From the NCBI GenBank assembly GCA_963794325.1, contig CAWCDG010000004.1:384001-448000 (forward strand): a stretch of DNA of 64,000 nucleotides, given 5' to 3'. Below are positions 59,964 to 64,000 of the stretch, one piece after another. The number at the start of each line of letters is the position of its first letter. Positions within the stretch are counted from its first letter, which is position 1. Origin of the DNA: an uncultured delta proteobacterium (GTDB taxonomy: Bacteria; Desulfobacterota; Binatia; Binatales; Binataceae). The position numbers and the translations under genes are program-made. The notes under the pieces are model-generated. The model was not told the DNA's origin and did not search any database. It saw nothing but the letters and a program-made list of their open reading frames with translations.

Positions 59964-60454
59964 TGCAGCTAGCCGAGCCGAATCTGCACATCGTCCTGGT
60001 GCGTCCCGAAATCCCGCAGAACACGGGCTCGATCGCGCGGCTGGCCGCCGCAATAAAAGCTCGCCTCCATCTGGTAGGTCCGCTTGGTTTCTCGCTGGAA
60101 GATCGCTACCTCAAGCGCGCCGGACTCGACTACTGGCCGCTGGTCGATTTGCAGACATACGAGAGCTGGGAGCAGTTCACCGGGCAGCATCACGATTCGC
60201 CGCACGCGAAAACGAAATTCTTCTCAACCCATGGGCCGGCGTCGTATCTCGATGCGCATTACAAGCGCGGCGATTTTCTGTTCTTCGGCGGCGAGACCAA
60301 GGGTCTCGGCAAAGAATTCCTGTCCGAAAGAACGGACCGCGCTTATCGGATTCCAATCTTCGAGGCGGGCGTGCGCAGCCTGAATCTCTCCAACGCAGTT
60401 TCGATTGTTGTATATGAAGCGCTGCGCCAGACCGGCGCGCTCAGGACTTCTTGA
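59963..60454 (+). CDS. trmL: tRNA (cytidine/uridine34-2'-O)-methyltransferase
   Basis: PEIPQNTG, LKRAGLDYW, FGGETKGL, RSLNLSNAV..YEALRQ. Confidence 0.95.
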   Translation: MQLAEPNLHIVLVRPEIPQNTGSIARLAAAIKARLHLVGPLGFSLEDRYLKRAGLDYWPLVDLQTYESWEQFTGQHHDSPHAKTKFFSTHGPASYLDAHYKRGDFLFFGGETKGLGKEFLSERTDRAYRIPIFEAGVRSLNLSNAVSIVVYEALRQTGALRTS

Positions 60455-60728
60455 CGCTGCAACTGCCGCAGCCGCTGCTGCATCCACCCTTCTCGCCCTC
60501 GCCCTCGGCAGGCGGCGGTCCAAAATAGTAGCCCGCCTGCTCGAGATCGCCGGGCGAGACCCACTTCAGGTTTTCCGCAATCGGCGTATCGCAATGCACG
60601 CAGACGCGACGTTCGGCGCTTTCGTTGTCGTCATCGAGCGCGACGTACGTCAGCACCGATTTGCCGCAACGCGCGCAATCGGCCATCGGGAATGACGAGT
60701 CTCTAAGTGCGAGCAGCGGCGTGGACAT
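60441..60728 (-). CDS. Small Cys-rich zinc-ribbon protein
   Basis: CARC...CVHC and C-terminal GGCSSGCGSC. Confidence 0.7.
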   Translation of the reverse strand: MSTPLLALRDSSFPMADCARCGKSVLTYVALDDDNESAERRVCVHCDTPIAENLKWVSPGDLEQAGYYFGPPPAEGEGEKGGCSSGCGSCSVKKS

Positions 60729-60779
60729 CGAAATTCACACTACACGATTGTGCAGGTGAGTTTCGATGCCTACAAAAGC

Positions 60780-61109
60780 CTATCGACCACGGTCCGCCGG
60801 AATCTCAATCGTTTTCGAAGGTCCGACTGGATTCGGTGCCGGAGGCGGCAGATCATAGTCTGACCAACCGTCCAACCCGTACGCATCATAGGCGTCGCCC
60901 CACGGATCGAGGTATGCCGGACCGACGATCGACGACCCATACCCATATGTCGGGTAGCCGTAGGTCGAGTAACCATAATCCCTACCGTAATTTGAACCGC
61001 GGTAGGAGCCTTGGGTCGAAACGAAGCCAACCAGAAGCGACAGAGCTGCCAGGTTTGCCAAGATTTTCCGCATCATCGCTTTGTAATTCACGGCAGATTT
61101 CGGTTCCAT
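60780..61109 (-). CDS. Hypothetical secreted Tyr/Gly-rich protein
   Basis: Signal-like N-terminus and YG repeats; weak support. Confidence 0.45.
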   Translation of the reverse strand: MEPKSAVNYKAMMRKILANLAALSLLVGFVSTQGSYRGSNYGRDYGYSTYGYPTYGYGSSIVGPAYLDPWGDAYDAYGLDGWSDYDLPPPAPNPVGPSKTIEIPADRGR

Positions 61110-61263
61110 TGTCTTTAACCTCTAAAGTAAAGGCGTGAAGTATCGCCGCACAATCTGATGCCTCGTTGGGTCACCCGCGACGATCCGACAGTCAGAAACA
61201 GTCGGTGCAGATCGATTGTAATTATTGCAATTTGCGAAGGGGAAAGGAATTTGTTCAGCGCTT

Positions 61264-62175
61264 CTAATTCCGCCGGTACGGCTCGCCTAGCGCGCTTGGC
61301 GCAGCCGCCTGGCCGCCGAATCCTGCCAATACGACCAGGGTCAGCGCGTACGGCAGCGCGAGAAATAGCTGGTAGGGGACGACGGTGCCCAGCGCCTGCA
61401 GTCCGAATTGCAACGCCATCGCCGCGCCGAATAGAAGCGATGCGGCCGCGAGACCCCACGAATTCCAACGCCCGACGATCACCACCGACAGCGCGACGAA
61501 GCCCCGGCCGGCCGAAATGTTCTCGACGAACGTATTCGCATACGCGAGCGTCAGGAACGCGCCGGCCAAACCGGTCAGCGCGCCCGACACAATAAGCGCC
61601 TGCCATCGGATCGCGATCACGCCAAGTCCGAGTGCGTCCGCCGCTTCGGGGCGCTCGCCGCATGCGCGAAGCCGAAGCCCGTAGCGCGTGTGCTCGATCA
61701 CATACCAAAGCACGGGTACCAGAATGAACGTGAAATACACCAGCGCGTTGTGATTGAAGAGCACCGGGCCGATCAGCGGGATTCGCGCGAGCGGACCGAG
61801 TTGGATTTTCGCGATCGGCGCCACCATGAACGCCTTGCCAGTCACCCCGAACAGCTTGCGATAGAAAACTCCGGTCAATCCCAGCGCGAGGATACTGACC
61901 GCGGTTCCGGTGACGACCTGGTTGACGGCCAGGTTGACGACCAGAATTGCGAAGATCGCGTTGATCGCGATTCCGGCCGCGATTGCGCCCAGCAGCCCAA
62001 GGCCGTCACTGCCGCTGAAAAACGCGATCGTCAGCGCGGCGAAGGCGCCCGAGAGCATCGCGCCTTCGATCCCGATATTGACGACGCCACTTTCCTCAAC
62101 CAGCAACTCGCCAAGGGCTGCGAGCAGGATCGGCGTAGCCATCGTGATCACTGAAACAAGGAACGCTTCAAGCAT
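61264..62175 (-). CDS. Nucleoside/sugar ABC transporter permease
   Basis: TPILLAALGE..ESGVVNIGIEG, GLRLRACGE, GRGFVAL, LPYALT, APSALG. Confidence 0.93.
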   Translation of the reverse strand: MLEAFLVSVITMATPILLAALGELLVEESGVVNIGIEGAMLSGAFAALTIAFFSGSDGLGLLGAIAAGIAINAIFAILVVNLAVNQVVTGTAVSILALGLTGVFYRKLFGVTGKAFMVAPIAKIQLGPLARIPLIGPVLFNHNALVYFTFILVPVLWYVIEHTRYGLRLRACGERPEAADALGLGVIAIRWQALIVSGALTGLAGAFLTLAYANTFVENISAGRGFVALSVVIVGRWNSWGLAAASLLFGAAMALQFGLQALGTVVPYQLFLALPYALTLVVLAGFGGQAAAPSALGEPYRRN

Positions 62176-63247
62176 CCGGCATCTCCGCAACCGGCGGCAC
62201 TGCGGCGGCGTCTTCACCTGATGCGCCGAAAATATTTTCTCGCAGGCCGCTCCAGGCCGGAGTATCGAACGCGAGGATGATCAGAATCACCAGGCCCTGA
62301 ATTACCTGCACCAGCTCCGGCGAGATTCCCTGCGTCCGCTGCATCGCCTGCGATCCGTTGTCGAGCGCGCCGAACAACAGCGCGGCGGGAACCACTGCGA
62401 GCGGATTCAGACGCGCGACCAGGGCGACCGCGATCGCCTCGAAACCCCACCCGGGCGAGAGCTTCTCGTAAAGTCGATGGGAAATCGCTGAGACCTGCAC
62501 GGCGCCGCCAAGGCCCGCGAGAGCGCCCGACAGCACCATCACCCACACTGTGAGCGCGGGAATTTGCACGCCGAAGAACGTCGCGGCGCGCCGGTTGCGG
62601 CCCATCGCGCGCAGCTCGAATCCTGCGCTGGTGTTGAACAACAGCACGTAGCATCCGGCGGCGACCACGACCGCCAGCAGCATCCCGAGATTGACGCGGC
62701 TCGGCGCGAAGTAGAATTCGAGTTGCGCGGCGGATGCGATTGGCGAGCTGGTCGGATACGCGCGCGACGGTTCCATCAGCGGGCCGTGCACCATCCAACT
62801 GAGCATCTCTACAGCGACGAAGTTCAGCATGATCGTGCTGATGACTTCGTTGACGTCGCGGCGCGCGCGGAGCCATCCCGCGATACCGCCCCATGCCGCG
62901 CCGCCAAGCGCGCCGGCGGTGAGAATGATCATGATCGCAATCGAATGCGGAAAATTCCCGAGATGCGTTCCGATCGCGCCGGCGGCGATCGCACCGATCG
63001 TGAGTTGTCCGTCCGCGCCGATATTCCACAGCGCGCCCGAGAACGCGATCGAGATTGCAAGCCCGGTGAAAATCAGCGGGCAGGATTTCACAATCGTATC
63101 GACACATGCGTCCCAGTTGCCGAATGCACCCTCGCCCAGCGCGGCGAACACGCTGAACGGATTCGCGCCTAATGCGGCCAGTACGATCGAGATCAGCGCG
63201 GCTGCGAGCGCGAGCGCCGCCAACGGTTTCGCAATCGAGGACCGCAT
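62168..63247 (-). CDS. Nucleoside/sugar ABC transporter permease
   Basis: PLIFTGL, NIGADGQ, NEVISTIMLN, GFELRAMG, GFEAIAVAL. Confidence 0.93.
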   Translation of the reverse strand: MRSSIAKPLAALALAAALISIVLAALGANPFSVFAALGEGAFGNWDACVDTIVKSCPLIFTGLAISIAFSGALWNIGADGQLTIGAIAAGAIGTHLGNFPHSIAIMIILTAGALGGAAWGGIAGWLRARRDVNEVISTIMLNFVAVEMLSWMVHGPLMEPSRAYPTSSPIASAAQLEFYFAPSRVNLGMLLAVVVAAGCYVLLFNTSAGFELRAMGRNRRAATFFGVQIPALTVWVMVLSGALAGLGGAVQVSAISHRLYEKLSPGWGFEAIAVALVARLNPLAVVPAALLFGALDNGSQAMQRTQGISPELVQVIQGLVILIILAFDTPAWSGLRENIFGASGEDAAAVPPVAEMPDA

Positions 63248-64000
63248 CAGTTGCGCGCCCCGGCCATCAGCAGGCCCAGCCGCTCGGGATCGCGCTCACC
63301 GGGACTCGTCTCGCGAATTTTCCCGCCGCTGATAATCAACAGCCGCCCGCAGATCGCGAGCAACTCGTCGAGGTCGCTCGAAATCAACAGCACCGCGCCG
63401 CCGGCGGCCGCGAACTCGAGAATCGTGCGATGCACTTCCGCAGTCGCCGCGAGATCAAGCCCGCGACAAATATTGTGCGCGACCAGTATTCGCGGCCGTG
63501 ACGCGATCGCGCGCGCTACTTCTAATCGCTGGCGGTTGCCGCCCGAAAGCGCACTGGCAATCGTCTCGGGGCCGGGCGCGCGAATCCGAAAACGCTCGAT
63601 CAGCTCGCGCGATAGATCGATCGCGCGCGAGGTGTTGAGCCATCCGTGCGAAGTCACCTGCTCCCGGAGCGGGCGCGCGAGGATCAGATTCTCCCACAGC
63701 CGCATGTCGAGGATCAGCCCGTCGAGGTCGCGATTCTGCGGTATCACCGCCATCGCGCCGGTTGCAGTTATCTTCCCATCGCTCGGCCTGCGCACTCCCG
63801 CAAGCAATTCGACCAGTTCGGTCTGACCGTTGCCGTCAACCCCGGCGATTCCCACTATCTCCCCGGCGTCGACCTGAAACGAAAGCTCATCGAGAAGTTT
63901 GCGCCCGCGGTGATCGTCGAGAGTCAGATTTTCGATTCGCAGCACCGGCTCGCCCCGGCGCGACTGCATCGCGGCGGCGTCAGGTTGAATCACGATTTCG
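63247..64000 (-). CDS. Nucleoside/sugar ABC transporter ATP-binding protein (C-terminal part; start outside the window)
   Basis: GEIVGIAGVDGNGQTEL, LSGGNRQR, RGLD, LISSDLDEL. Confidence 0.92.
   Translation of the reverse strand, partial: EIVIQPDAAAMQSRRGEPVLRIENLTLDDHRGRKLLDELSFQVDAGEIVGIAGVDGNGQTELVELLAGVRRPSDGKITATGAMAVIPQNRDLDGLILDMRLWENLILARPLREQVTSHGWLNTSRAIDLSRELIERFRIRAPGPETIASALSGGNRQRLEVARAIASRPRILVAHNICRGLDLAATAEVHRTILEFAAAGGAVLLISSDLDELLAICGRLLIISGGKIRETSPGERDPERLGLLMAGARN

Overview
High-GC bacterial chromosomal segment; gene content resembles Binatota or deltaproteobacteria-like lineages (inference only). Housekeeping genes include class II RNR nrdJ with tandem NrdR boxes divergent from dciA, thpR-recA, hrcA/grpE-dnaK-dnaJ, aroE, pyrE, xseA-xseB-tlyA-ROK kinase, ctpA, lgt, dtd, trmL, tRNA-fMet and a partial nucleoside ABC transporter. 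Accessory genes include a type III PKS with a methyltransferase, DUF1800/DUF1501, a DUF3142 pair and mazEF. Features the ORF track misses: (1) a UGA-readthrough selenoprotein (UxxC, AhpC/TSA/SelL-like, 4019-4552) with a SECIS-like hairpin; (2) a DUF559 nuclease gene enclosed by 124-bp inverted repeats that contain a REP-like palindrome also found as solo copies; (3) a ~400-nt structured purine-rich candidate ncRNA downstream of nrdJ that shares a duplicated GGAUGUGG motif with the nrdJ leader and SD; (4) at least five families of dispersed palindromic repeats that cluster together, bracket gene blocks and flank a small GIY-YIG nuclease; (5) several frameshifts (DUF3142 pair, grpE, enoyl-CoA hydratase), probably assembly indels.
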